Source: Corallochytrium limacisporum Hawaii
Taxonomy: Eukaryota > Protista > Pluriformea
Reading direction: 5' to 3'
Assembly (NCBI GenBank): GCA_002811645.1
Contig: PDIP01000002.1
Span: forward strand, 69,683-133,682
Length of the DNA stretch: 64,000 nucleotides
Shown: in pieces, positions 12,559 to 23,525 of the stretch
How positions within the stretch are numbered: the stretch's first letter is position 1
Layout of the letters: every line of letters starts with the position of its first letter
Translations under genes and position numbers: made by a program
The notes under the pieces: generated by a model
The model's database searches: none
Told to the model about the DNA's origin: nothing
What the model saw: only the letters and a program-made list of their open reading frames with translations

Positions 12559-13740
12559 ATGGGAAAGGATGGAAAGTTCTTGGGAATCTTCAAACTGAAG
12601 GCCAAGGTTCGCGGGGGCAAGGAGAACAAAGACAAGAAGAAGGGGAGCAAACGGCGATCTTTCCTTGGGGTTTCAATTGGAAGGAGCAAGAGTGATCCCA
12701 GTGTTCCTGATGAGCAGTCGCCAGCGTTGCCAATTCATCGGTCAAACACTACCGGCCCTGAAGACACACTCTCCCCTGTCTCACAATCTAGTAAGCAGAA
12801 AAGCACCGTCCAACAAGATAGGAGCATTCAGAGCGCCAACGAACGCTTCCCGGAGGAGTCAGTTGTGGTTGGCAGTGGCCAACGTGAGGGCAATGAATCC
12901 ACAAGCAAGGGAAAGACCGCACCACCGCGGTTCATACAGGGTGCGCTGAGTGCCAAGTCTGCTTCCAATGGGGATGACACCATCTCTCCGCAGGTCAATG
13001 TGATTAGCTACCGTAACATTAAGCACCGCCGAGGTGCCCGCATGAAAGAACTGTCAGCGGCAATCGAAAACGCTGCCAAAAAGCACAAGGAGGCATGTCA
13101 AAATGGCAATAGCAACGAAACCAGCCATGACATCCATAGTGGGGCTCGTCAGACTGATTCTCAGCGGCTCAGAACCGCTTTGGGTGCGTCGCCGAAGGCC
13201 CAACGTCCGCCGGACTCCTTGACACTAAAAGAAATCTTATCGACAATGGAGACACCGCTAACAGAGTCTGAGGCCTGGGAACTCCTCGCCCGCCTAGTTG
13301 AGGCCACGTTGAAGGCCGAAGGAACGCAATATCCGCTTACCACGGACAACATCTTCATCACAGGGGATCAGGTCATTCTTGGCTGTCACATCGCGGACCC
13401 GGGTGAGAACTTGGATCTATTCCTACCGCCGGAGGCTGAGGAGCACTCTGGGTACACCGCAACAGCTATTGTCTACACTCTGGGTGCCATCATTTGGCAG
13501 GCCTGTGACTACAGCCTTAACGATGACGAAGCACCGGATATGAGTGATGACCTCGAAGAGCTCCTCACAAGAATGACATACGACGACCCCACCAAACGGT
13601 GCAGTCTAAATGAAGTGCGACTAGGGTGCGAAGCAAGCGCCAGGTCTGCTGATGCGAAAGGAGAGACATGCAGCAAATTGGTCGCAGAAGCGCTCGTACT
13701 AGTAAGAATCAATCAGGAGGTTACTGCTGGTACGCAGTGA
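12559..13740 (+). CDS. KIND (kinase non-catalytic C-lobe) domain protein with basic, disordered N-terminus
   Basis: ATG at 12559 (MGKDGK...). The C-terminal ~170 aa (LTLKEIL...LTESEAWELL...FLPPE...VYTLGAIIWQACDYSL..DE...SDDLEELLTRM) match the Spire-type KIND pattern; no N-lobe or HRD/DFG motifs. Confidence 0.8.
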   Translation: MGKDGKFLGIFKLKAKVRGGKENKDKKKGSKRRSFLGVSIGRSKSDPSVPDEQSPALPIHRSNTTGPEDTLSPVSQSSKQKSTVQQDRSIQSANERFPEESVVVGSGQREGNESTSKGKTAPPRFIQGALSAKSASNGDDTISPQVNVISYRNIKHRRGARMKELSAAIENAAKKHKEACQNGNSNETSHDIHSGARQTDSQRLRTALGASPKAQRPPDSLTLKEILSTMETPLTESEAWELLARLVEATLKAEGTQYPLTTDNIFITGDQVILGCHIADPGENLDLFLPPEAEEHSGYTATAIVYTLGAIIWQACDYSLNDDEAPDMSDDLEELLTRMTYDDPTKRCSLNEVRLGCEASARSADAKGETCSKLVAEALVLVRINQEVTAGTQ

Positions 13741-13871
13741 AGGAAAACCATGGCAATCACGTTAGTTGGTTGATTCACTCTGGTGGACTTCGCCCCGATT
13801 TGCAAACAATACATATACGATTCTTTAACATTTCTATTTAGGTCACTTCGACAGCAACGTACAACTTTTCT

Positions 13872-14351
13872 TCATTGGCTGTAGTAGGGAGGCTTCTTCA
13901 TGTGCATGCCCTGCGCCTCCAAACCTTTGGCCAAGTCGTCAATGGTCAGTACCATGCGTGCGTTCACCGACGTCATACCGCGCTTGTTCAGCTGCCGATT
14001 CTTGCAGGCCAGCATGGAGTCTTTGGCGACGTCAGTAATAAATTTCTGCGTTGCTAGTGAAATAGTCCGCAACGCGGCAATATCTGTTACATTGCAACCC
14101 GCCCGTTGTAGATAGTACTGGGTTACAGCGTCAGGAATGGCCGGTGCGTAGTCCTGAATGTCGGCCAGAAATTCGGCGAGATCTGCGGGAGTTTCGTCCC
14201 GATCTTCCGGCAGTACCGGGTGATCAGCGGGTACCGACATATCCATAGAGTCATCTTTTCGTTCACCCTTTTCCATTTCACGTTCAATGTCTTCCTCATC
14301 CTCCATTTCCTCCTCCTCTGGCCGATTGGCCGCGGCTTCCCGTTCGTCCAT
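13872..14351 (-). CDS. TAF10: TFIID/SAGA subunit TAF10
   Basis: LAEFLADIQDYAPAIPDAVTQYYLQRAG...ISLATQKFITDVAKD...VLTIDDLAKGL...KKPPYY is the TAF10 histone-fold signature; likely ATG at 14351. Confidence 0.95.
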   Translation of the reverse strand: MDEREAAANRPEEEEMEDEEDIEREMEKGERKDDSMDMSVPADHPVLPEDRDETPADLAEFLADIQDYAPAIPDAVTQYYLQRAGCNVTDIAALRTISLATQKFITDVAKDSMLACKNRQLNKRGMTSVNARMVLTIDDLAKGLEAQGMHMKKPPYYSQ

Positions 14352-14839
14352 GGTAGTAATTTTGCGGGTTCCTCGGAACTTAAAAAGTATTACACGATCT
14401 CCAGTCCATGGCACAGACCATGAATGGGCCAACGATATTTCAACTACCTTGTAATGCGAATACAGATAAATTGAACAACTCTAATGTCGAAAGGTTGAAC
14501 AGCAACCCAAGAATACACTAAAATACACACACGAAGGTTGTGCCCCGCTTTCTTCATCCCAGCGCGCCTCCCACATTGCTTGGGGGGGGGGGTTCGGGCA
14601 TTGGGGTTGGTTGTTCTTCACTTCTCCCGCCCTTGTCGAAATTGGTAGTCTGTGGAAGGCGGAAGGCACCCACGGTCAAGAACAACGTGAAGCATTAAAT
14701 CGTTCTGTGATACAGTTTTAAAGGATCTCGTCTTTTTATTTTTGGATGCGGCTGGATTCCTGTATGATGGCCTCAACACTTAAACATGCTATGAACTAAG
14801 ACGACGCCTACAGGAAATAAGGGCTTTCACTGTTGACTC

Positions 14840-15710
14840 TTAGTCCTTGTCTGCAATGTCCTGCAGATGCTTGTCTACCTCATCCTCGGGCAGAATGCGG
14901 AATTTAGGGGTTTCAGCCGTGACCACTGCGACCTCAATCTCTTTGGGACTGAGATCGACAGCAAGGACTGTTGAGATGGTGGTGATGGCAAGCTCCACAG
15001 TCTCAGTGTAAGTCAGATTCGAGTCACTGGCCTTCTTCAGCTTCTTTTCTAAAAAGTTTGTGGCTTCGGTCTGCTTGACACCAGCACTTGTTGCCCGGTA
15101 CCCGATGAAATATCCCGCAGGATCACACTTAAAGAGCTGAGGACCACGCTCATCATCAATGGAAATGAGTATCATTGCTGTTGGAAGGAAAGTAAAAGTA
15201 GCAATAGAAAGTCAGTTAGAGAAGCCTGCTCAAGACGACAGGTAGTGGAAGATAATTCTACACTTGTCCAGAAGATACAACATAACAATCATAATACTTA
15301 CAGCATCCAAGAGGCCTCATGGCAGCCTGCTGGGTAAAAATTTGAGAAGTGTCGCCAATGCGCTTGGCCAACTGATCGACAGGGATATCGTAACCATACT
15401 GGTACTTGAATTCTGCAGCTTCGTAGCGCGCACGCTGCACCTGTGCCCTTGCATCTGCAATCATTCCCGTCATGACGCAACCAATCTTATCTGTGATGGC
15501 AAACAGATGGGTGACAGTGGAAGGATCCAGCAATTTATCAGGAATCTTCTTCTGAGTAACTACACAACAAGAGTCCTTACCCCGCACACCAATAGAGGTA
15601 AGGCCACCAGCACTCATGGCCTTGAAGGCGTATTCGACCTGGTACAAACGACCCTCAGGACTGAAAATAGTAATATGCCGGTCATAACCGGCGCTCGATC
15701 CCCTAGCCAT
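14840..15710 (-). CDS. PSMA6: 20S proteasome subunit alpha-1 (alpha type-6), two exons: 15710-15302 and 15177-14840
   Basis: [32 protein letters not shown]-terminus. Splicing joins ...MRPLGC-S-MILISID...KCDPAGY in frame. Confidence 0.97.
15178..15301 (-). other. Spliceosomal GT-AG intron (124 nt, phase 1) in PSMA6
   Basis: Minus-strand donor GTAAGT at 15301, branch point CTAAC at 15219-15215, pyrimidine tract and CAG ending at 15178; removal restores the reading frame. Confidence 0.95.
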
Positions 15711-16579
15711 GGTTAAAGTTGTATTTGTGCCAACAGCCCGACGCTTCGTTTCAAGCTATTGCCTGCCAAAGCGCCAAAACACTAGCATGGACAGATCGAT
15801 TTGCAGCTCCCAAATACCAGCAAAGCATTCTTAATGCCACGCCATTAGCCAACAAACTGGCTTTCCTGCTAACGGGAACGGGACCGAGCAAATCAGGGTA
15901 TCCAATTGCACAGTTTAGTCGGGCTGTTAAGCACACACCACCGAGCGCCAGCTACCCTTCCGTGCTCCGGAAAAGCACCGTGTTGTTCCTTTGCTGCTGT
16001 GACCCAAACGCCAGCGGTCAGTGAAAGGAAACGAGAAGGAAAACACGGCGAGGGTGAGGACAACGGAAAAAGCCAGTACAATCTCAGTACTGGTACTCTG
16101 GAAGCGCCACATCACTCTTCCGTCTCCAGCTTTCCAGTCGTAAATGTACAGCGTCCGTACGGAGTGCCCCAACGGTGATATTTTTCCATAGTGAACATAC
16201 CGCAGTCATAGTAAATGTACCAGATTTGGCGGGCGCAGGGGGTTTCAAACAAAAAACAGTCCACTGCAGTACGCACTGCTCTGTTGACCGCGAGGAATCC
16301 AGCGCGAACAGTCGCCAGGGGGAGTGGGACGACATCCAGGGCCTTCGGGAAACGGAGGCAAAGCGGAGACAATTTAAGGTTTGATTCTGCATGTGATGGG
16401 TTACTTCAATCAGGTAGTTGATGCATGTGTGTGTGTGTAAGGCTGTAAACAAACAAGAACTAGATCTAACTCAGCGAAAATTCCGGGACGAAAGTATGTA
16501 GTTTGATGGACCTCGGGTGAACTACACGTGATAGGTTACACACAATCAAATGGAGGTTTAAGCAAAGAGACGCACAAAC

Positions 16580-17281
16580 ATGGGTCTGTGTAAGTGTCGC
16601 GTGGTAACCAACCTTTTTTGCTTCGAGCACAAGGTCAATGTGTGTGAAAATTGTCTGATGCAAGACCATGCCAACTGCATAGTCAAGTCATATGTGCAAT
16701 GGCTGCAGGACAGTGACTATGATACGGATTGCGGAATCTGTCGGAGGCCCATCGGAGATGGCAGGGAGACAGTCCGACTTCTCTGCTATGACATTTTTCA
16801 CTGGGAATGCTTAAACAATTATGCAGCTTCACTACCCTTCACAACTGCACCTGCGGGCTACACATGCCCAAAGTGCAATAAATCCATCATTCCTTCGCAG
16901 CACTCTGCGTCGCCAGTTGCAGTGGCTCTGAAGGAGAAATTACAGCGGTCAGAATGGTCCCGGAGATTGATGGGCGTCATGGAATCAGCAGCGGCAGGGA
17001 CGGGTCTGGGGGGAGATGTTGGTATCATGGAGAAGCCCCAAAGTACAGCGATCGACATGGGAGCTCCGCAGCATTCAACCGGACTACAGACTGGAAATGG
17101 AAGTGGACTGCCGAGTCGCCTTGCAGGCAAAAACAGTAAGCCTGAAGTGTTGGAAGACAATAGGGGTTTTGTGCGAAAATATCTCTGGTTTGTCAGGGAC
17201 CGCTCGGTACAGCGTATCGGCATCTTGACAGGTGCGCTTGGCCTCGGGTACTATGTACTCTTCATGGGGGCGGGATCATAG
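16580..17281 (+). CDS. ZFPL1: Zinc finger protein-like 1 (B-box-like plus RING/PHD finger, C-terminal TM anchor)
   Basis: [25 protein letters not shown]...[18 protein letters not shown] and [12 protein letters not shown] are ZFPL1 signatures; hydrophobic C-terminal tail. Confidence 0.95.
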   Translation: MGLCKCRVVTNLFCFEHKVNVCENCLMQDHANCIVKSYVQWLQDSDYDTDCGICRRPIGDGRETVRLLCYDIFHWECLNNYAASLPFTTAPAGYTCPKCNKSIIPSQHSASPVAVALKEKLQRSEWSRRLMGVMESAAAGTGLGGDVGIMEKPQSTAIDMGAPQHSTGLQTGNGSGLPSRLAGKNSKPEVLEDNRGFVRKYLWFVRDRSVQRIGILTGALGLGYYVLFMGAGS

Positions 17282-17389
17282 GGCTGTAATGTCGAATTGA
17301 AGCATAAAAAGTCTTAACAGGGTTTGTGAATAGACGACATCATAGTAATAATGAAATTGTGTTAGAGTAGATACACGACTGTTCACGAT

Positions 17390-17769
17390 TCATGCGGCCA
17401 CAAGTCTCTGCGCTCGCGTCTCGATGGCAAAGATGGCATGGGCAATGAAGCTAATGTACGACGTAAACAAGATTGCACCTGACAGCCGTGACCATTTCTT
17501 GATGCCACTTTCCCTTGAGTACACATGCACAATGAAGAGCTGTACATGCCAGCCAGAATGGCCAGAGTGATGGACAAATCCCATGCCTCAACGAAGTCAA
17601 AGGGTGAGTCTACCTCGAAGGTCCGAACGATGTTGAAGACCAAGAGAACTACCCTCAGAGTAGTCAGGGCACCTCCGATATAGACAAAGGCAACATTTTG
17701 TTGGAATTCACGCTCATTACGTGACTCCTGAGCTGATTTGCTGCCTGGATCAAGTACATTTCCCTTCAT
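17390..17769 (-). pseudogene. Possible small multi-pass membrane protein interrupted by a 1-nt frameshift
   Basis: One frame gives hydrophobic segments up to ...DLSITLAILAG; an overlapping frame continues VQLFIVHVYS...LSGAILFTSYISFIAHAIFAI to the stop at 17390. No family recognised. Confidence 0.25.
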
Positions 17770-18617
17770 ATCTTTAGATCACTTTCGTATTATTGAGTTC
17801 TGTGCCCATCTATCATAGGGAATTTCTTGGCACGACATCTTGCCTGAGTAGCTTGTGTATGAGACAATGCATTGAATTGTGATCGATGTGACAGGTGCTT
17901 GAGAGAGCGAAACCAATGTATTTTCAATCGTTCGGGGATCGGCCTGCGCAGACTCCGCAATCTTATGACAGCCACAGACCCACCTTCTCCATGGTCGCAA
18001 AGGTTTCCAGGAGGCACCCCCGGATGTCCGGCCCGTATATCATAATTATGTCACAGCTCGGCCCGCAGCGAGTACCCTCCAGTCGCGTACATTTGCTGCC
18101 AGGGGCAAGGACAGTAAAGTAGCAAAGCAAATTTTTTCTTCTTCTTCGGACTCTGGTGCGTTTGGCCGTCGCTTCTTAGGGGTGAGTTGGCGCTTTGGAT
18201 ATAGTGAATCTATAGAAGTCCAGACCACACATTCCCTTCCCAGTTGTTGTTGGATTGGGTCTCCGCACCCCGGTGCAGTAGTGGGAGTATGTACACTGCA
18301 GCGAGTCAGGAAGAAACGAAATGAATCAGTCGTAGGAAGACACCACTGTGCAAACGTTCCAGTAGGAAAGGAGAGTTTCCTAAACTAGTCGTGTCATTGT
18401 GTGCTGTGAAGGACGAAGCATGAGGAGCATGTTCTCTGCACAAAATTACGGCAACATTTAATGCGTAAATTGAGTCTCTTGAAGGTAATACTACAGCGCT
18501 AGCGTTGGAATTGTCAGGAATAACCTACTTTGGACATGCTCGATAACAAATCGATGCACAGAAAGAGAACCTGTCCCACAGAAAAACTCACCGCAAATTA
18601 CACATTAACTCATAAAT

Positions 18618-19313
18618 ATGGCTTCCTCGGAACTCTTCGAAGCGTATGAAGAAGAGGTCGATGACCTCCTTCGCCAGTGCGAACAGCAGTTTCAGCAGAA
18701 TGTGGTTAACGCCAGTGGAGAGCGTCAGCGGCAGTATGGACGGGACTTGGAGCGCAGGCTGAATGAGTGCGAAGATTCCCTGAATCACTTGGAAATGGAA
18801 TTAAAGGTACAGCCTGCCCAACATAGACATCGTTTGGAAGAGCGTGTGCGGTCCTACAAGCAGCGCCACCAGGCACTCAAGAGCAAGGTTGCAAATACAC
18901 TCGTTGGCCAGGGTGGTCCTGGTCGCCAACCCCAGAATCGAGGCGATCTACTCGGCCTGGAGGAACAGAACATGGGGTACGAGAGCCCTCTGGATCGTCC
19001 AGATGACCGTCGTCAGCGTCTTGTGCAGGCCACAGACACCATGAACCAGTCCTCTGGTCGGATTCTGAATTCTCAGCGCCTGGCGGCTGAATCGGAACAG
19101 ATTGGTGTAGACATTCTCAACAGTCTCGGAGAGCAGCGCAGCACCATTGAACGTACAGGTCGCCATTTGGATGAGGCTGATGAAGAACTCGGCCAGGCAT
19201 CTAGAGTCCTGCGGACCATGAAAAGGCGTGTTTTGGGGACAAAGGTAATCAGGTATCTGCTCATTGCCCTAGTACTGCTGCTGATTGCTTTGATCATCTA
19301 CATTGCAATCTAA
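18618..19313 (+). CDS. VTI1: Qb-SNARE Vti1
   Basis: N-terminal Habc (SELFEAYEEEV), SNARE motif (SQRLAAESEQIGVDILNSLGEQRSTIER), C-terminal TM anchor. Confidence 0.95.
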   Translation: MASSELFEAYEEEVDDLLRQCEQQFQQNVVNASGERQRQYGRDLERRLNECEDSLNHLEMELKVQPAQHRHRLEERVRSYKQRHQALKSKVANTLVGQGGPGRQPQNRGDLLGLEEQNMGYESPLDRPDDRRQRLVQATDTMNQSSGRILNSQRLAAESEQIGVDILNSLGEQRSTIERTGRHLDEADEELGQASRVLRTMKRRVLGTKVIRYLLIALVLLLIALIIYIAI

Positions 19314-19943
19314 GTTTCATAGACCACTGTGGTTGTTTCGGCTGCAAATCTCAACATTTCTATTGCAGACGTCGGAAACCGTTCATCTTCCGACATATAT
19401 CACAACACCCTCCCAACTGGGAATATCAGGATGGAGCACAACCGGTGCCACCATGATATTCCCGTGCTTTTTCAGTTTGTGAACGTATAGTCATCGGGGG
19501 TCTATTTCCGGACATATGGTGCGTGTTTAGGCCGATACGAAGTCAGCGTTCACTCTGACCACGTTTGCTGACTTTCTCCGTTTCCCCTCTCTGTACTGCA
19601 CCGAAGCGCAATCAGTACACGCGCTCGGTCGACTACTGCTACAGTTTCCGCTAAACAGATGGCATGGATAGGATGGTGTGTCGCTGAAGCCTTGGTGGCC
19701 ACCCGGGCGCCATGTTCAAGAGCCCCACACTTACGTCAGCAATGATTGACGACACAGTGCTAGTAATGCGCATGATATCCTGACTGACTATCCGGGCTCT
19801 CACTCACTCCCAACTTCTGACTTGAATCCCACCATCGAGGGATTTGGGCTTGTAACCGCCAACCGTACTGTGTCCAACACGTAGACGGCCACAGCCTTAT
19901 CTGGGTTCCTGACCAGCGTTTCGTCCGTCCGGTGTTCTTCATC

Positions 19944-20224
19944 ATTTTGGCGGGAATGATCAATATTTCAACGTAACAACGAATAGTTTCACTATGGCAG
20001 CGGCCCTGCTTTTATTTTTTTAATCCTCCATTCCCGGTGTCCCCGTGTCACTTAGACGCACACAAACACAGCGAACTAAGGGCAGAATGGTCAGAACCAT
20101 GGTAGGTTTCACACCGCATAACCATTTCGGGTTCGAAAGTGTGCACTTTCTGGACCCTTTTCCGCTCCCATATTTCGCTCCAAACACTCTCCAGAATTTT
20201 GGCGGGAATGATCAATATTTCAAC
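19944..20224 (+). repeat. Two identical 29-bp direct repeats (19944-19972 and 20196-20224) containing an E2F-like site
   Basis: ATTTTGGCGGGAATGATCAATATTTCAAC occurs exactly twice, 252 bp apart, upstream of the F-box gene. Confidence 0.85.
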
Positions 20225-20647
20225 CGAACGACCAAATTTGCTCTTGTTCCCGAGGGCAGCAACGCGGTTCCGTAGAAAACGAGAGGCTGAAGTCGAAGGG
20301 TGCTCCTTGGCGAGAAATCAATCCGTGCCGCGAAACCCACACTCCAACTGTTCCCCCCCCCCACACCCCTGCTCGGGGGTCTCATAGTAGGCGACTCCAC
20401 CCGTACTCGACACAAATAGGATGTTTATTGGAAGGAACACTTGCATAGAGTTAGAAACAAGGCCATCCCAACGGTAGGGTTTGCAAGCGGAAAGGAATTT
20501 TTTTTAACAACAGTTGGCCGGCCCCCTGCTCAGGCAGGGAAAACGATTCCCGGAGTTTAGGGGACAGAGAGGGGCGGGGGAAGAGTGCCGCTTTTGTCCA
20601 ATCCCCACTTTCCCTCCCGGTTTCTCCGCCCTCTCCGCTGCGCTCTG

Positions 20648-21040
20648 GTGAGTGTTTGCTTCTTCACAACCAAAAGACCCGCCGTTGACGCAAGAGAGGA
20701 GGAAATAAAAAAAATACGAGCGGGGTTTGGTGGGTTTTTGTATCTTTAGAAACTGCCCGGTGTGTAGTTCTGAGCGATGAGTTCGCGGTTGTCTTGTCGA
20801 AGTTCCAGACTATCCTCCATCATCTTGCTTGTCTCTATTGCCTTTCCCTTCTAGCTGATGGCCGTGTCCAGGTTACGTACTGTAGAAAACTCTGCCTTTC
20901 TGACGGAAACGGAACGAGAGTGGCGGGTAGCCATGGATCCGACATCCTTGCACCAGTCACCATGAGAGGGTACATAGGACATCTCCTGCTGTTGTATTTC
21001 TGCAAATGACATGTATCTGTGTCTAACTCTTGTCATATAG
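20648..21040 (+). other. Putative 5'-UTR intron(s) of the F-box gene
   Basis: Donor GTGAGT at 20648; branch CTAAC at 21023-21027 and TAG acceptor at 21040, 22 nt before the ATG. The donor pairing is uncertain. Confidence 0.5.
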
Positions 21041-21062
21041 CAACATACAAACATACATCAAC

Positions 21063-22025
21063 ATGGAGAACGGTAGACCTCTAAAGAGGCAGCGAATTGG
21101 TGGTCCTGAGGTCGTGACCCCCATTCAAAAGTTGCCTGATGAGACTCTGCACCATATCTTCTCCTACCTGGATGTGGAGAGCTTGTTAAACTGCTCCGAG
21201 GTCTCCAGAGACTGGGCACGCGTGGCAAAGACTTCATCGCTCTGGTCTCGGTGCTCGATCACACTCTCGGATAGCGAGTTGTCAAAGAATTCGGTGCTGA
21301 ACAAGGCTGTCAGCAATTTCGGGGCCCAGATTGAGGCAATCGAGCACTTGGAACTCAGGAGCCCAATTCGAGGGGATGTCTGGTTCCAAAATGACATGTT
21401 TTCCTCTATGATTGAGGTACAGGAGCCGGAGAACGATGGATTCATTGAGACTCTGAGGAGCGGTTTATGCAATCTGAAAACATTTGAGGCAGATGGAGCT
21501 GCTTGGATGGGGAAAACTCAGGAACTGATCGCAATACTTGAAGGCTGCAACAGTCTCGAGACTGTACGCCTAGATAATGCTAAGTGTCTAACCACGACAA
21601 TGTTTGAGGTCATGTGTGAGAACAATCCTGACCTTCACACTGTCTCCCTGAACAACACTAATGTACTTGATTCCGGCCTGCATAGTCTAACAGAGTCCGA
21701 TTGCAAGCTGCGGGAGGTAAATCTTAACAAGTGCATTTCCATATCGCTGGACATGCTTGAGCAGTTCATTCGAAAGAAGGGGAAGTACTTAGAGAGACTC
21801 AGCATCGCCAGCCATGAAATCGGTCTGGACCTTATCACACTAATCAAAGAGAGTTGTCCGAACCTGAAGGAACTCGATGTGCGCTACTGTACAAATTTAC
21901 TTAGCGTAGACCTTCAGTGCCTGGACGGTGTTACCGTGCAGGAAAACTGTGCTCTGTACGATGACAGCCCCGAATCCATCCGTGCGTATGTCGACCTCCT
22001 GACTCGCTCCGCCCATGTGTACTAG
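21063..22025 (+). CDS. F-box/LRR protein (FBXL-type SCF substrate receptor)
   Basis: ATG at 21063; basic NLS-like PLKRQR; F-box IQKLPDETLHHIFSYLDVESLLNCSEVSRDWARVA; cysteine-containing LRRs (LREVNLNKC, CPNLKELDVRYCTNL). Confidence 0.92.
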   Translation: MENGRPLKRQRIGGPEVVTPIQKLPDETLHHIFSYLDVESLLNCSEVSRDWARVAKTSSLWSRCSITLSDSELSKNSVLNKAVSNFGAQIEAIEHLELRSPIRGDVWFQNDMFSSMIEVQEPENDGFIETLRSGLCNLKTFEADGAAWMGKTQELIAILEGCNSLETVRLDNAKCLTTTMFEVMCENNPDLHTVSLNNTNVLDSGLHSLTESDCKLREVNLNKCISISLDMLEQFIRKKGKYLERLSIASHEIGLDLITLIKESCPNLKELDVRYCTNLLSVDLQCLDGVTVQENCALYDDSPESIRAYVDLLTRSAHVY

Positions 22026-22145
22026 CTCCAATATCTCAGTCGAACTTAAAGAATCCCAAAGCAAACCATGATCATCAATACATACATATCAATACGAAAT
22101 CTCGAACGTTCATTCAGTGCTTGAAGCGATCTGTTGAAATTGTTT

Positions 22146-23204
22146 TCAGATGTATGTGGCAACATGCTGGGCCATGCCAGGGTCGAGCTGCGTCCCGCTG
22201 ACAGCTCCAAGAGTTTCAATATACCAGAGGCCACCCTTCGTCGCCAGCAACGTCGCGTACTCATTCTGTAGATCATCTCCGCAGACCACAAGAATGTTGT
22301 GTAGCAACACTTCGTCGCTCGACCTCACGGCAGCATTGATAGCCTGCTTGGCTAAGTGTGCATCAAGGACGTCGTGAGTAGCTAACCACGCCATGCTAGG
22401 GACGGCGAAATGAAGCAGTGACTGTTCACTAGTTTCTCCACAAGTGCTCAAAACCTTTTTGTGGCAGTCCTGCAAGTAATCTCTTCTCTTTTCTTCCGGA
22501 TTTTCACTGAGACCGAGAAGCGCAATTGCCCAATAGCATAAAGAGATGATTTGTCGCGGATCCCTTTCCACTTCCCAAAGCTCCTTGAGCACTGGGAACG
22601 CACTCTGGACCAGATCTTCAGCTGATGCCTTTGTTCTCCCACTCACGCGTTTAACATTTTTCTCACAGCCCTCTGCCAATTTAGTCGCGTTCTTTACGTT
22701 ATTCATCTTGTCAATGGTGTCCTGATTCAAGAGCCGTGACAGACATAGGTATAAGAGTTGACATGACCGCTGGAGTCCCCCTACCGTCCGCCAGTCACTT
22801 GCCAAACAGCGAAGTATCCTATCTTTCAAAGGCGCAAATTTTGGCGAGATGTCGCAGACATTGACCAAACCTTCACCGATAAGCAAACGGGTGGGCACAT
22901 TGCCTTCAAATTTTATATACGAACGGTACAAGAGATTCACTTGTTTGTCCACAGAATCACACCCCAGGACAACCTCCCGCCACACTTCAAAGGCCCGATT
23001 CCGTTCCAAGGCTGACGACGACTTCTTTGGAGTACCCTTCTTGGGAGTTCTTTTTTTCGATTTCAATTTGGGTGATCCCTTGGACGGTGTTTGAAATCGG
23101 TCAATAGCGGCTGGCGAGTCCGCCAAGGTTGTCCAGTACGTTTGTGTGAGATCAATGTGATCCTTCAACGACGCCGACACAGCTATGACTCTGTCTTTCT
23201 CCAT
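22146..23204 (-). CDS. Hypothetical protein, helical C-terminal part with a basic S/T-P-x-K cluster near the N-terminus
   Basis: 352-aa ATG-initiated ORF with natural composition, convergent with the F-box gene; no family recognised. Confidence 0.7.
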   Translation of the reverse strand: MEKDRVIAVSASLKDHIDLTQTYWTTLADSPAAIDRFQTPSKGSPKLKSKKRTPKKGTPKKSSSALERNRAFEVWREVVLGCDSVDKQVNLLYRSYIKFEGNVPTRLLIGEGLVNVCDISPKFAPLKDRILRCLASDWRTVGGLQRSCQLLYLCLSRLLNQDTIDKMNNVKNATKLAEGCEKNVKRVSGRTKASAEDLVQSAFPVLKELWEVERDPRQIISLCYWAIALLGLSENPEEKRRDYLQDCHKKVLSTCGETSEQSLLHFAVPSMAWLATHDVLDAHLAKQAINAAVRSSDEVLLHNILVVCGDDLQNEYATLLATKGGLWYIETLGAVSGTQLDPGMAQHVATYI

Positions 23205-23525
23205 TATGTCACAGACTGTCCACTCAATTTATGTCACAATTTCCCATGTTTTACCAAAATCTATCAACAACAACGTCTTCTCACACAGGATGACGGCTCA
23301 GACACGCAGGTCCCTGCTGACATGGGAGTGTAAGTACCCGCACGAGTTGATCGGGCCCCCCGCCCCGCTGGCCCCCCGGGGGGTTGGTTGGTTGGGGGGT
23401 TGGGGGAAGGAGATGGTTAGGCGGTATGGAGGTTTCCACCTCTCTATACTCTGGGTGGGAGGAGAGTAAGTTGGGTAGGGGTGCACACTGGCACATCTAT
23501 TGATTTTGTTGTAACTTATATACCA

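Noticed and set aside
15258-15301. C-terminal [13 protein letters not shown] of the 150-aa ORF, and the 111-aa ORF as a separate gene
   Set aside because: Intron read-through; both ORFs are exons of PSMA6.
19944-20224. 29-bp repeats as CRISPR or LTR/transposon ends
   Set aside because: Only two copies, 223-bp spacer, eukaryotic context, and no cas, transposase or target-site duplication seen.
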